Assembly (NCBI GenBank): GCA_001938525.1
Contig: MQRL01597604.1
Span: 1-35,186, forward strand
From: Dugesia japonica
Taxonomy: Eukaryota
Direction of reading: 5' to 3'
Length of the DNA: 35,186 nt
Part shown: piece after piece, positions 10,544 through 22,668 of the stretch
Numbering within the stretch: the first letter of the stretch is position 1
Layout: every line of letters starts with the position of its first letter
Position numbers and translations under genes: made by a program
The notes under the pieces: generated by a model
Told to the model about the DNA's origin: nothing
The model's database searches: none
What the model saw: the letters and a program-made list of their open reading frames with translations, nothing else

Positions 10544-11074
10544 AGAACATTTCCGCCTGCTCTTGGCAATTTGTCCTCAGGACAAATTTCGCAAATTGAT
10601 CGATGCCCAATTTATCTCCCTTTAATTTCCCATAATAGAACACTCCAGCCGGTTCCTGTCAATTTATCTTCCAAATAAATTTTTTCCTAATTGACGATTA
10701 ATTCAATTCGACTCCTTTTCTCGCGTTTGGCAATCCCACCTGCCCCTGGTAGTTTATCCTCCGGATAAACTTTTAATATCAATTATCAATTACTTAAATT
10801 TAATCCAACCTTCATTTTGAACCAATTCCGCCTGTTCCTGGCAGTTTATACCCTTGATAAACTTACGTGACTAATCAATGATTCCATTATCTCCATTTTA
10901 CATTGTCCATGTATAGGAGCATTTAATCATTTTGATACCATTCATTTCTCTTCGATTCGTTTTCATTTGCTAATAATTTTAATTATACCTTTCCTTTTAC
11001 CACTTCACATTAGTACCCCTCAATATCTACAATGGAACTCTTGCGCCGGTTCCTGGCAAATTTCCTTGTGAAAT
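10544..11074 (-). ncRNA. Array of five structured cis-RNA units (hairpin plus H-type pseudoknot) in the leader upstream of gag
   Basis: Units at ~10544-10588, 10637-10682, 10729-10771, 10819-10863 and 11034-11074; the first four have a ~92-nt period. Compensatory changes are seen in all three helices (see findings). Confidence 0.65.
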
Positions 11075-11137
11075 CTTTTAAGTTCAAAGCTCTCCTCCCA
11101 TAATAAGTATCAATAAAATTCTCCTCAACTAATTCAT

Positions 11138-11220
11138 TTTAACTATACACTCGGACAGTTTTCATTACTTCTCCCAATTTAACTATATCCTCGGATCGTT
11201 TTGTTATGTCTCCCAATTAA
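11138..11220. repeat. Two imperfect ~40-bp tandem repeats
   Basis: tttaactatacactcggacagttttcattacttctcccaat / ttaactatatcctcggatcgttttgttatgtctcccaat. Confidence 0.6.
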
Positions 11221-14200
11221 ACGATAATTTCACAATTTCATTATTTCCGACCAGGTCTTCCTTAGTTCTCTTTTCGGTGGCCAACCGACAAAGTATCCGG
11301 AATGAATTACTGGTAATCAACTAGCTACTCCAATATTTGTTTCGATATATTTCATTTAATTCTGTCATCATTTTTCTTTCAACTAAATTTCAACCTTTTT
11401 ATACTAGTTTATTTGCTTTGAACACTCTCTCTATGTAGCCGGTAGTCTATTATTTCAGCTCCAGCTGGGCGACAATTTTGATCCTCAATTTACACTAATA
11501 ATTCACTATCTCCATACTTGAGTCAGTTGACAGTCTATTTTAATTCAGCTTCAACCGCTCACTAATGTAAAGGTTCTCAGTCAGGATCCCATGATCCAGC
11601 TGATGTGTAACTACGACGCTACCCGCGATCGCATTATCAAATATTTTTCCAAAAATAAACAACAATACTGATGCCACGCTTGAGGCTAACTATTGTATCA
11701 TCTTGTCAACACTGAGTCCTCTGATCGCCAGATACCACGGACAATTTGCGGCCTTGTCCTTCCGGGATTTTTCACCCTAAAATCTAAAACTCGGTAGAGC
11801 TACGGGTAGTTAGCTGTAGGGGCGCACTCACGCCAACCGAACGCCATAAGTGGTTAGCTTAATAGATGTGGTGCTCGTTGCCGGCTCCTTCCCCTGAAAT
11901 TCCTGAGTTTATCTCGCCTGGACTAAACTCCATTCTCCCGGCATGAAAGTCAGACAAAGTATCCAACTTCCGAGATCGGTACTCCTTATTCGAAGCGTCG
12001 AAGCTCGAATTCCTTCAAAGCATATCCACGGAAGATCTTCCACTCCAATAACTACTTCGAAGATTCTTGTCCAACAGTCAATATCAATTTCCATCATTTC
12101 AGTCATTAGACGATCATTGCAGCTGTCCCTTCAAAGTTGATCAGGCTTCTAGTTCCAGCTTACTAATCGCGAGCCCTATTCTCCAAAATGGCATCCACCA
12201 TTACGACATCTTTTTCTCGGGTAATATCACATATCTATGGTTACGCTCGAAATTGTCTCTCTCCAACTCACTACGATAAAATCTCCAACCATATTTATTT
12301 CTAAATTCAAAATTAATTATCTCATATGAAACCCTCAATTTAATCACAGCTAATATCAATTCACCCTACCATATTTAATTCCACCATTATTCAACTATTC
12401 GGTTATTGTTTAATATGACTCCGTAACCATAGAACCCCCCTGTTACACCTCTTCCCCATCTCCGTTCATTTGTCGATCGAATTCTCAGTTACCACTCACC
12501 TGGGTGGCCTCCCTGTGTTGACTGCCCGATACCCATCCTACTCTTCTTGATAAAGTATAGCAATTTCTTCTCGAAATACATTTCATTGATTATCTCCATT
12601 AAATTATTTCAAATCATTTGTCGCCTCATCTTCTCCGTAAATTCGGTTAGTTTCTCGTCAATCTCATTCATTCTCTAATCCCCTTGTATTCTCATTACTT
12701 TCGTTTACTATTACTCGATTATCGATACAATATCGATACTACTCAATTTATTCATTATTCATCAATAACATTTAGCATATCATTGCCGCTCAACTCTAGA
12801 ATACATCTCCAGTAAAGTCTCTCGTCACAATATTAAATATCATTGTCATTTATTACTCATCCTCCATTTATGTTTCATTTATGAGCTCATCTCCTCACCT
12901 CGTTCACTTTAATATTATTATTCGTTCTGATTCATTAACGCCTACGATAGGATACGTCTCGATCCATTAATTTACTCCCAACATTTCTTCTCAGCGGAGG
13001 TTCTAATCTCAATAGTTCTCGCTTTACTGCTCATTTACCTTTGAGTTATCGTCATCATCACTTCTACCTTATTCTGCTCTGCTTCATTTACATTTAACCA
13101 TCTCTTCAACCCATTAAAAATTTATAACTCGCCTTGTTGCCTGTTATTTACTCATTCATTGCTGCATAAGTTTCAATTGCGCTTCTGTGACTATATTATT
13201 ACTGCTAATTGATTTTCCCACTCCACAAACTCGCTTCTCGATATGGTTTTCTGCTGCTAAATGCATGTTAAAATTTATTTAATACCTGCCTCATCACTAA
13301 TAAACTATTAGTGCTGTTTCTTTTGATGTATAAACGTCACATTTCTTTTGACTCCCATCCAGTTTCTACTACTGTTATCTTCGTAGTCAACTGACCTGTG
13401 TTTCAATCTAATTTTCTCCGCTTTTATCTACAATCCATGCTGATTACTCAACAGATATTTCATGATCAGCTGTAACAGTTTAGTTTTGACGTTTTACTCA
13501 AACTGTCCGCCCTGATCATTGTTTATTTACCGATTTATTCTAATACGCGTTGCTCGAATTGAGGCTCTCCGAATGAGACGAGTTGCGAGATCCTCTTGCC
13601 AATCTCACCACTATGCTCATTCAAAATCACTCCATCATCATCTCATCATTATTCGTTTATTTATTATACTTTATTTAGTTTAATATTTATACCCGCGTTG
13701 GATGCTCCATAGCCCATAATCCGGAGATGCAGTGCGTGTGAGTTCTGGTTTCTCTCTCACACACACTTCACTTCCAAATCATTTGGTATATTCATATTCC
13801 TACACATTCGTTTATCAATTACTCATTAGATGTTTAATATAAGTCGATCTCAATACTCGGTGTGTGCAAGTTCTCATGACCCACTCTCACCCACCAAGCA
13901 TTTGAAACACCCTCTCATTTTTATCATTATCTCATTTCATATTTAAGTTAACTGATGCTCATGGTAAAATATTCTCGCTGTCGAATGAGAGATAGTCCAA
14001 CTCTTCGAACTCTCTGTCATTTAGCAGCTTGTTTATCTCACTCTATTTGTTGACGCTCATCATAATCTTTGCAACACCACCAAAAGACACACAATAACTC
14101 GATGCCTGTGCCGAATCGCGATACAACAATTTTGACGTAACGCTTTTACGCTATCTGTATACTCGTATAAATTCGTCTCTCAATCTTTTATTACCTCTCT

Positions 14201-15537
14201 AAACGCTCAAATTTTTTACTATTCGCATGTAAAGATCTCGTTATGTTTTGCTTGTATCGTGTTATGTTCCTCTTCTCTGCGTGTAGTTCTCGTATGTATT
14301 ATCGATTGTTTTCCTCAGTATTTATTTGAATGCGTGCTATNTTCNTACTCNTCTGCATGTCTGTATTAACCAAGGTTATGTACTAAACGAACTTAATACT
14401 TCTACTGTACTTTAATTTTACTTTAATGATTAATGTTTACGAGACATTTTTAAATTATCTATACTAAAAAATAAAATATCAAAACATTTCCATTTTTGAT
14501 TTAGTTTTAATACTCTAATTTATACCGTTTCGATACGAGTTAAAATTAATTATTTATAGTATAATAATCATTAAAAAAATAAAATATCTAATAATAACAA
14601 TATCTAAATAAAATATTCCAGCACTAAAATTATTATTCAAATATTACACAAAATTTACTAACAAAACTCTTTAAATAAAATTTACTCAACTCCTTTACAA
14701 AATATTACTACAAAATTTACTAAAAGCCTAAATTTTCTAAAATATTAATCAATTTATTTACCAAATTCTTTACTGAAAATCAAGTATAGTAGTACTGGTA
14801 ATGATTATAACTTAACAATAATAATAAATAAATATCGGACATTAAATTATCAAATTTAATGCGCAGTTAAGAGAACACTAATAAAATATTAGTGCGCAAA
14901 TGAAGAATATTATCAAATTATAAATCTTACAAGATCCGAGTGCCATTCCCATCGTCAAATTAACTGCATAATTTCCCAAATTTATCCGCATATTTGAAAC
15001 ATAATTTTAATAGTCAATGCTATTCAATTACAGCAATAATTTTTGGCAAAATTAATCATTTTCCATTCTAACATTTCAGCGTATTATCATTTCCGATTTT
15101 ACAAATGTGCATATCACAATTATATATCTCCTCGGCCGTTATTTGATCGTCGAATTTCATTAATTCATCAACATCCATTTGTTAATCGCTTTCCGCATTT
15201 AATTCGCACGTTGCATCTTCATTCATTTACAAAATTGGTTCTACTCGATTCATTATCGTTGTCATAGCTATATTTCATTTGTGATTGCATCATTAAAAAT
15301 TATTTTAACTAGATAGCCAAATTTAAAACTTAGTTTCCTTGAAAATAATAATGCATAAAAAAATGAATAAGTATCCCGGCTTAAAAGATTTATAACCCCC
15401 AAAACACTTGTTGGGTTTTTAGGATTTACAATAATCTAATATCTATATTTTCATAATCGAATATTGTAATCAATAAATAAATCTACTTTANNNNNNNNNN
15501 NNNNNNNNNNNAAAACCACAAGCGTTTGAGTCACCTC

Positions 15538-18500
15538 TGTGACATGCCCCTTATTTCCTCAGGTTCAGCGCGACTTTGTGGTATCGACCTTGCTCAGTAT
15601 TCCGTCATAGTGATTGCAAAATTTGAATCTGGCCATACATAACCATTATAAATGAGAAAAACAAACTAATGCGACATCGAAAAATTTTATTAATCTAATT
15701 TTCCGCATCCAAATCGACCGTGGTGTGGTTCACTCTGGACCTTTCAGGTGGTTCTCGATACAACAACCACAGCGATCGTAAATTAGCAAATGTCACCGCC
15801 TCGCGATCGGCATAAACTTTGATTGTATCAGCCATCAAATGGTTTGCTTGTTGTAGAGCCAACTCCTTCTCTTTAAGCTGTTGATGTTTGAGGTTGTGTT
15901 TGGTGGCCTGACTCNNNNNNNNNNNNNNNNNNNNNNNNNNNNNNNNNNNNNNNNNNNNNNNNNNNNNNNNNNNNNNNNNNNNNNNNNNNNNNNNNNNNNN
16001 NNNNNNNNNNNNNNNACTAAATTATAAGGAGAATTTTAATTATTTTATAATTGAAAATGATCTAAATTTGTAGACTACCTCATATCGCCCTTACTTGTGA
16101 ATTTATATATATTATACTATTAAAACCCGTGCCATATAAATATACAATGTCAAATTTCATAATTGGGACGTTTTCCGTCACAACCTCACCGCTATCTGCC
16201 ATTTCACTCGAGCAAAATGTCTCTATCAATCGCTTGCTCCTCAAACCACTAACACCGAATAAACATAAAATANNACTAAAATCGTTATATCAATACACTA
16301 CCACCTCTGCAGCATTTTTTACTTTACTTGTGACCTACATATCACACTCTCTGTTCATTCGTATCACTCTGATCCATCAGATTACGGATTATTTCCCGCT
16401 CCTCGATCTCATCGTCTATCTCTGTAGCACTACTGAGTGAAAAAACACGAACGATTTTTGGCGAAGTGCCAGATAGCTCTCCATGAAGTTGTTTGATCTG
16501 TTTCTGCAGCGACTTTCAAGCTCGTTCCAACTGACACTCTAACGCATTTATTCTATTATTTTTTACCACCAACTGTAATCGGACCGTCTCGTTATCCGCN
16601 NNNNNNNNNNNNNNNNNNNNNNNNNNNNNNNNNNNNNNNNNNNNTATCATGGTCGGCACTTCGTTCCACTCAATATAATATCGGCCTACCTCGTCAATGT
16701 AGGGCCAGATATAACGAGGCCTTTGGAGATTGCGTCTACTTTTAACAATCTAATAGACCATAAACAATTAAATAAAGTAATGAAATAACACGAGCATTAA
16801 ATTGACAACATCATTGTGGGCTAATTGTGGAATGATTTTCTTCGGCCTATGGCCTAACATTTGGCTTCCAATGTTATATGACGCGAACCAGGAAAGATGA
16901 GCCTTAATTATGCATCTTTTCTCGTTCCCGTCATTGTCTTATGCTAGAATGGATTTTTCGTAATCATTATCAACAATTAATCGAAAATAATTTAGTCGGA
17001 CGATTACTCAAATTTAGGGTTGATTTATTATTCTTTTAAATAATATTTTACCTGAATTCATTTTATCACCTTAACGGAGTAAATATAATGAATACAGAGA
17101 TAGGTGAGATATTTTATTATTATTATCGTGACTGATATCGTCAAACCTTAAAGTGTGAGATATTTTATTGATAATGCAATAATGAATATTTAGAAAAATT
17201 GTACTTAATTATCAAATGCAGAATGAATACTATGGTAAATCAATGAAAATTATTTTATTATGATGATTTTATTAACATTAAATAGCTTGACTAGAACAAT
17301 AAAAAATAAAAATAAAAAAAATACTTAGTGACCAAAACACGAATGGACCCACTAATTTCCCATGAATTCAAACTCATAGCATTTTAAACTCAAATAACCA
17401 AACAATTACTCCCGAGATCGATCAAGCTCCGAATTCCTGCTAACTCATAATTTACAGATAATCCTACCAGATGCATTTTCTGGATTTGCTCTACGATGAC
17501 TCTCATTTCTTTTCATTCAGGTTATTCGTGGATAAGTAGAACCTCATAATATTTAGACACTCATTACTGATCGGAATATATCCGGAGCTCGATATATCCC
17601 AAAGAACTCAAATTTGGGCAATGGCACTCGTTTACATAAATTCCAAAAATGGGGTAAAACTATATATAAAGAACAAAAATTACTTTTCGTTTATCCAGAG
17701 TCCAAGATCCAACATTGAGAAATACGCGTTGAGTTATTAGCTATAAATTTAAACAAAGAATCTTTAATACTCCNCTATAAAATTTAACACAAGAATTTTT
17801 TTTAATACTCTGACTGATTGCTTCGCGTCAGCCCGTTTTATTTCCCCTAGGATAGAGAAATTATTTGGTTCTCGATTAGCCTGCAAATAGTAATGCGTAT
17901 TTCATTATCTGGATTTCTGATTAGCTGCCACAGTCCTAAATTCGGTGAGCATACCTCAGTGTTTCTGCACACGAACTCGGACTTTTGAATTTTGGTAAAT
18001 TTCAGTCATCACCTCATGTGACCTATGTGATGCATCTGTTAGTTTCTAGGCAAAGTCCTTGTCTGAACTTCTGGTGAATAATCAGTTTCTTTGTTTATGT
18101 ATGACTGCTATCATCCGATTCAGACAAGGTAAAAATATTACTGGACCAAATTAATTACTTCTCTAATAACATTAAACGTTAATTAGCGTTATTTATAATA
18201 AATAAAATGGGTCGTAGAGGCCCTTCTAATATATTATTATATTATTGTAGATTATTTTTATTATTTAATTCCTCATTCCCTTTCCACTCTTATAAATTCT
18301 ATTTCCGTATGATAAAATTTGGGTCCTCTACGCCCGAGTTTCGATTTTCGATATTTTAAGAATTAATTTTATAATAATTATACTAATAATAACTACATAA
18401 TAATAATAATAATAATTTCGCATATAATAAGCCATTTTCTGGTCCAGCACATCTACTTTTCCCTCTATTGTCCATATTTTCCTCGTTTATTTTCACACTT

Positions 18501-18700
18501 TACGGAGCTACAATTTTCTATTCTTGAATGTGTTTCAACCCAACACATATATTATTTTCATTAAATTCTATACAGAACTACTTAGATTTAATATACTTAA
18601 TATACTCAATTTGATCAGTCATACACAAAATTTTTGTAAGTATACATAATCTCGCACCATTCTAATCACATTTCAATACAATTATATCACTTTTATTCAA
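15538..18700 (-). repeat. Putative long 5' LTR of element A (distal end undefined)
   Basis: The minus strand reads ...GGGGCATGTCACA|GAGGTGACTCAAACG, an LTR-like CA end followed by an imperfect PBS-like (T)GGTGAC. No second LTR is in the window to confirm it. Confidence 0.3.
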
Positions 18701-19255
18701 ACTTCAATACAAATATACTTAATGTTCAATAAAATCTACAGCAATTTTGACAGGATGTATACAAATTTCATAAAATAAACCTTTCATCAAAAACATACAA
18801 ATTATAGTCAATTAATACATCAGAAACAACATTAAATTAGTCATTGAAGCCGATTTTGTCTATTTAGCTATAAATTTTTCTCATTTATGTGTAATATAAC
18901 TACAATATGGGTGAAATTCGATAACAATACATATGCAGCAGAACAAGAGTCAAGTATATAGTAATCAGTTCTTATTGTGTGAATTATTATGTGAATATAA
19001 TATCTATAGTAAAAAAAATAGTCACTTTATTGTGGAAATAGACACTTTATCATAGAAATACAGGATTCATCTCAGAATATACATTTTTCGTCACATATTA
19101 TTCGGGCTTTATTTCAGAAAATATACGATTCACCATAGAAATTAAGAGTTTTACTATGGAAAATAAGCTTTTAACATAGAAAATATTAGTTATAACGTAA
19201 AAATTAATAATATAATTACAATTATTGTTGGAATTAACCATTGATCACATTTGAG

Positions 19256-19366
19256 ATTTCATTAAAATAAGAATAAGCTTCGATCAAAATAAAATTTATT
19301 TGTAAAAAGATTCAAATTTTCGACAATAGTCTTCTTCAGGAACATCTTCAAGAGTATGTTCCTGAA
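19256..19366. mobile_element. Palindromic foldback element/MITE, left part (interrupted by element B)
   Basis: Joining it to 23601-23683 rebuilds a ~190-bp near-perfect palindrome centred on ggaacat-cttcaagagt-atgttcc. Confidence 0.85.
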
Positions 19367-19457
19367 TGTTATTGTAATTAAATAAAGGAACTTGAGTTTA
19401 CTAAATTTTATTTAAAATCTACACAAATTAATTAATATTATTAAAACACATATCACA
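19367..19457 (-). repeat. 3' LTR of element B (91 bp)
   Basis: Direct repeat of 23510-23600 with 3 mismatches, preceded on the minus strand by the PPT. Confidence 0.95.
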
Positions 19458-19459
19458 AT

Positions 19460-19471
19460 CCCCTTTCTTTT
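19460..19471 (-). other. Polypurine tract of element B
   Basis: AAAAGAAAGGGG ends 2 nt before the TG of the 3' LTR. Confidence 0.9.
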
Positions 19472-20620
19472 AAGAGTTCATCACATATTTGGGATTTGGC
19501 TTCCTCTCTCTCGTTGAATATCGCCTTTTGCATTGTTCTGAGTTGTCTATAAGAACACGCTTTATATCACTTTTGTTAGATCTCGAATGTGTGGCACTAA
19601 TGATTGATTCTTTTACCGTTTCTTTTTTATTTCTAAATACTCCATGGAATCGTTTTACTTGGTGAGGATTATGACGAATTACTTTCATTCCATCATCTAA
19701 TTCTAAATAATAATTACTGAGAAACTTGCTAACCATCCACGGTCATGTATATATTTTTTTTAGTAACCCTGTCTCTTCTGTTTTTACCAATACCCAATCA
19801 CCAATCTTTAACATAGTGTTCTTATTTTCTGCTTTATTTTCTTTTGGAATCTGTTTTCTCTTTTCTGTAATTCTCTCCCTTTGTTTTTTTAAAGTTTTTC
19901 TGAAAATCCATCTTGTCAATTCCTACATTGGCAGTCAAAATATCTGGTTTTAAATCCATCTTTTTTCCAAAAAGAATTTCATAAGGTGAGACCTCCATTT
20001 TTTTGTTATTTGATTATCTCATACTTAGTTCAACAAAAGGAATTGCTTTAACCCACGATTGGTTATGCGACTTACAAGATGCATATAATTTGTCTTTGGC
20101 TGTTCTAAATACGCGTTCTATAAGCCCATTACCCTGATGATAATATGGTGCTGAAAATGATTGCTTTATTTATAATTTATTCCACAATTCCTTCATTATT
20201 TCCGATTTAAATTGTGTTCCGTTATCAGAATGAATTATCCTGGGAATACCAAAGTACGCTATTCATCTTTCAAATATCATTTCGGTAACTGTCTTTGCAG
20301 AAATATGTTTCAATGGTATTAACGCTATGTATCTAGAAAAAACATCGATGATTCCTAAAATATATGAATATCCCTCGCAATTTGGTAGTGGTCCCGTTAT
20401 ATCGCAACATATCATTTCAAATGGTTCTATCGCTGTAAAAGAGTTTTGGATATTGTAACCCATTTAATTTCCCTGCTTCCACCCAGCACATGGCATACGA
20501 TTTGCCACAAACTTCTCCGTATCTTTTTCCATGTCTATGCATTCATGATATCTCTTGATATTAGTCAAAGTTTGATTAGCGTTTGGATGACCTAATCGAC
20601 CGTGAAAATATTTTAANNNN
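19470..20620 (-). pseudogene. pol: Integrase of element B
   Basis: FHGRLGHP (zinc-binding), ICCDITGPLP, IIDVFSRY, IHSDNGTQF, GLIERVF (DDE); stops and frameshifts present. Confidence 0.9.
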
Positions 20621-20879
20621 NNNNNNNNNNNNNTTTCATTATACTCTTTATGGGTATCTTTTAATTCATGAATTTGTCGATAACCTTCATCATCTGAATC
20701 GCTTTTGTTGGACTTTGACACTTTAACATTTCGTCTAGTTTTTTGATCGATATGTTTATATTTCACCTTGTTCGCACTGAAATTCTCTGGAAAGTGCATC
20801 TGCGTTGGCATGTTATTTTCCTTTTCGATGCTGAATTTCAAAATCATACATACTTAGTTCATCAATCCAGGAGCAGTAC

Positions 20880-21540
20880 TGTGATGTATTTGGACTTTTA
20901 CAATTCAACATTCATGTTAAACTCTTATGATCTGTACGAATAATAAATTTCTTCCCCAATAAATAATGCTTGTATTTCTTCACAAAGTAATAAACTGCCA
21001 TAAGTTCTTTCCTGGTTATACAATACATTTTTTCTGCTTTCGAAAACATTTTAGATCCATAGCATATTACTTTTTTTTCGTTATCTTGAATTTGACTTAA
21101 AACTGCTCCCATTGCAAAGTGACTAGCATCTGTATACAATACGAAAATATCATTGCTATTTGGAAACGATAAAACTGGTGCGCTTGTGAGAGCATGTTTC
21201 AGATTTTCGAAAGATTCCTTATGAAATTCTTCCTATGTTAAATCTACCTTTTTTCCGTTTTTCGTGATGTTCGCATCTCTTAACAAATCTTCTAGAGATT
21301 TAAAGATTTTGGCATATCTCCAAATAAATCTTCTGTAATAATTGCAAAATCCTAGAAAACTTGATAATTCTTCATTTGTCTTAGAAATACTCCAATTCTT
21401 TACTGCAGTAATTTTTTTCTGGATCAGTTGTCACTCCGCTTGATATTATGTGACCCAAATATTTTACTGAAGTTTTCAAAAAAACGCATTTCTTTGGAGA
21501 TAACTTAACTCCTGACTGCTGTATCTTCTCTAATACCATT
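20880..21540 (-). pseudogene. pol: C-terminal RT remnant plus RNase H of element B
   Basis: KLSPKKCVFLKTSVKYLGHII, FLGFCNYYRRFI, YTDASHFAMGAVLSQ, YCITRKEL, IRTDHKSL. No YxDD motif. Confidence 0.9.
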
Positions 21541-21675
21541 TAAAAGTTCAAATTTTCGACAATAGTCTTCTTCAGGAACATCTAGAAAGAACATGAAGAA
21601 GACTATTGTCGAAAATTTGAACTTTTTACAAATAAATTTTGTTTTGATCGAAGCTTTATCTTATTTTAATGAAAT
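21541..21675. mobile_element. Second, one-arm-truncated copy of the same palindromic MITE, inside element B
   Basis: ttcaaattttcgacaatagtcttcttca...tgaagaagactattgtcgaaaatttgaa...ttattttaatgaaat matches the flanking MITE. Confidence 0.85.
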
Positions 21676-21722
21676 TATTTTCTGTATCATCTAAAATCTC
21701 AATGCAGCCTAATCTCGTGTTT

Positions 21723-22028
21723 CTAAACATTGTAATATCTTTTTTTAAAGTTAATTATTCTTACTGTGATTTTACCAGTTTCTCTAACATAAGACACACT
21801 ANTCGCAGCTAAAATCACTATCTTAGCTAACTTATCTTTATATAGACTAAATAAAACTTTCTTCAAACAAAAAATATCGCTATCTACACTCGCTAAAACA
21901 GATACTTCCTCTTTTCTCAAAATTGTAACTGTATTTTCTAATATAACTCTTACTGTACACATTTGAGCCCCCTTCCCACTTTTCGCACTATTATCTGGAC
22001 CCTCGGACACAGTGCTCTTTAGTTTTCC
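21723..22028 (-). pseudogene. pol: Start of the pol frame in element B (post-protease beta-rich linker)
   Basis: ORF 21723-22010 lies in the -1 frame relative to the PR ORF and resembles the post-PR region of ORF 34064-35008 (KITVRIINF vs KVPVNVLNI). Confidence 0.6.
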
Positions 22029-22501
22029 GCTAACTCTCTTATTTTGGATATGAAAGGTACTTTTATTTCATCTACAGTTACACAGTTTAGTTTTGATAAG
22101 ATCGAAATGTTCATCTTTTTCATATCTCTTATTCCTATTATGACTTTTGGGAACAATTTATCTACAATAGTCATCATAATTTGATTAGTTTTATTTCCTA
22201 TAGTTACATTTATAAAAGAATATCCAATTACCTTAATTGGTGAGCCATTTGCACTTGTTAACGTCTTGTTTGATCGAAGCTGCTTGACTTTTTCTTTTTC
22301 TCTGATCATTTGAAATAGTTTGAAATCCACGATGCTGGACTCTGCTCCAGAATCTATAAAAATTTTCTCTTCTTGTTGTTCTACTTTGCCTTTGATTATT
22401 GGTTTGTTTGCTGCGGGTTCGCTTCTTGTATCTGATATCATTGTTCTTTGTCCTATGTGAATTGGAAATTTGTGTCTTGAACCTCGAATATATTCATCCA
22501 A
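22019..22501 (-). CDS. Aspartic protease of element B
   Basis: IFIDSGAESS, LTSANGSPIKVIG, VIIGIRDM. Confidence 0.88.
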   Translation of the reverse strand: MDEYIRGSRHKFPIHIGQRTMISDTRSEPAANKPIIKGKVEQQEEKIFIDSGAESSIVDFKLFQMIREKEKVKQLRSNKTLTSANGSPIKVIGYSFINVTIGNKTNQIMMTIVDKLFPKVIIGIRDMKKMNISILSKLNCVTVDEIKVPFISKIRELAEN

Positions 22502-22668
22502 TTTAATAATATCGTCTGGGTAGTTGATATTTCTTTTTGTTTCCTTTTGTCTTTTAGTTTTCCTTTCTTTCGAAACAATTTTGAAAAATTCATTATTATC
22601 TTCAGATTCCTTTTCANNNNNNNNNNNNNNNNCATCATATTCAATATTAGAATTGTCATTTGTTTCTT

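Larger units (their letters stand above)
1..15537 (-). mobile_element. Giant Ty3/Gypsy-like LTR retroelement (element A), internal region: leader, gag, cargo, env-like glycoprotein, protease; decayed and running off the left edge
   Basis: All recognisable domains are co-oriented on the minus strand: gag with 2x CX2CX4HX4C (8758-9600), glycoprotein (1420-3307) and protease DTGA (catalytic Asp codon at 219-221). Purine-rich sense-strand skew is uniform. There are many in-frame stops and frameshifts. RT is not in the window, so the Gypsy call rests on gag and PR style. Confidence 0.75.

Noticed and set aside
10544-11074. CRISPR array, or twister/HDV/hammerhead ribozyme, as the identity of the periodic repeats
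   Set aside because: The repeats are degenerate, the context is a eukaryotic retroelement and there are no cas genes. The catalytic cores (CUGAUGA/GAAA, HDV P3-L3, twister 3' strand) could not be fitted.
251-16440. Plus-strand short ORFs (e.g. 251-505, 2894-3199, 3695-3976, 9637-9966, 15043-15267, 16129-16440)
   Set aside because: They are antisense shadows of the skewed minus-strand coding sequence or chance ORFs, with no motifs.
19090-19095. GTCACA as the distal end of a 15538-19095 LTR
   Set aside because: It is only a 6-bp inverted match, and it lies inside a run of degenerate ~20-bp catagaaat-like repeats that continues on both sides.
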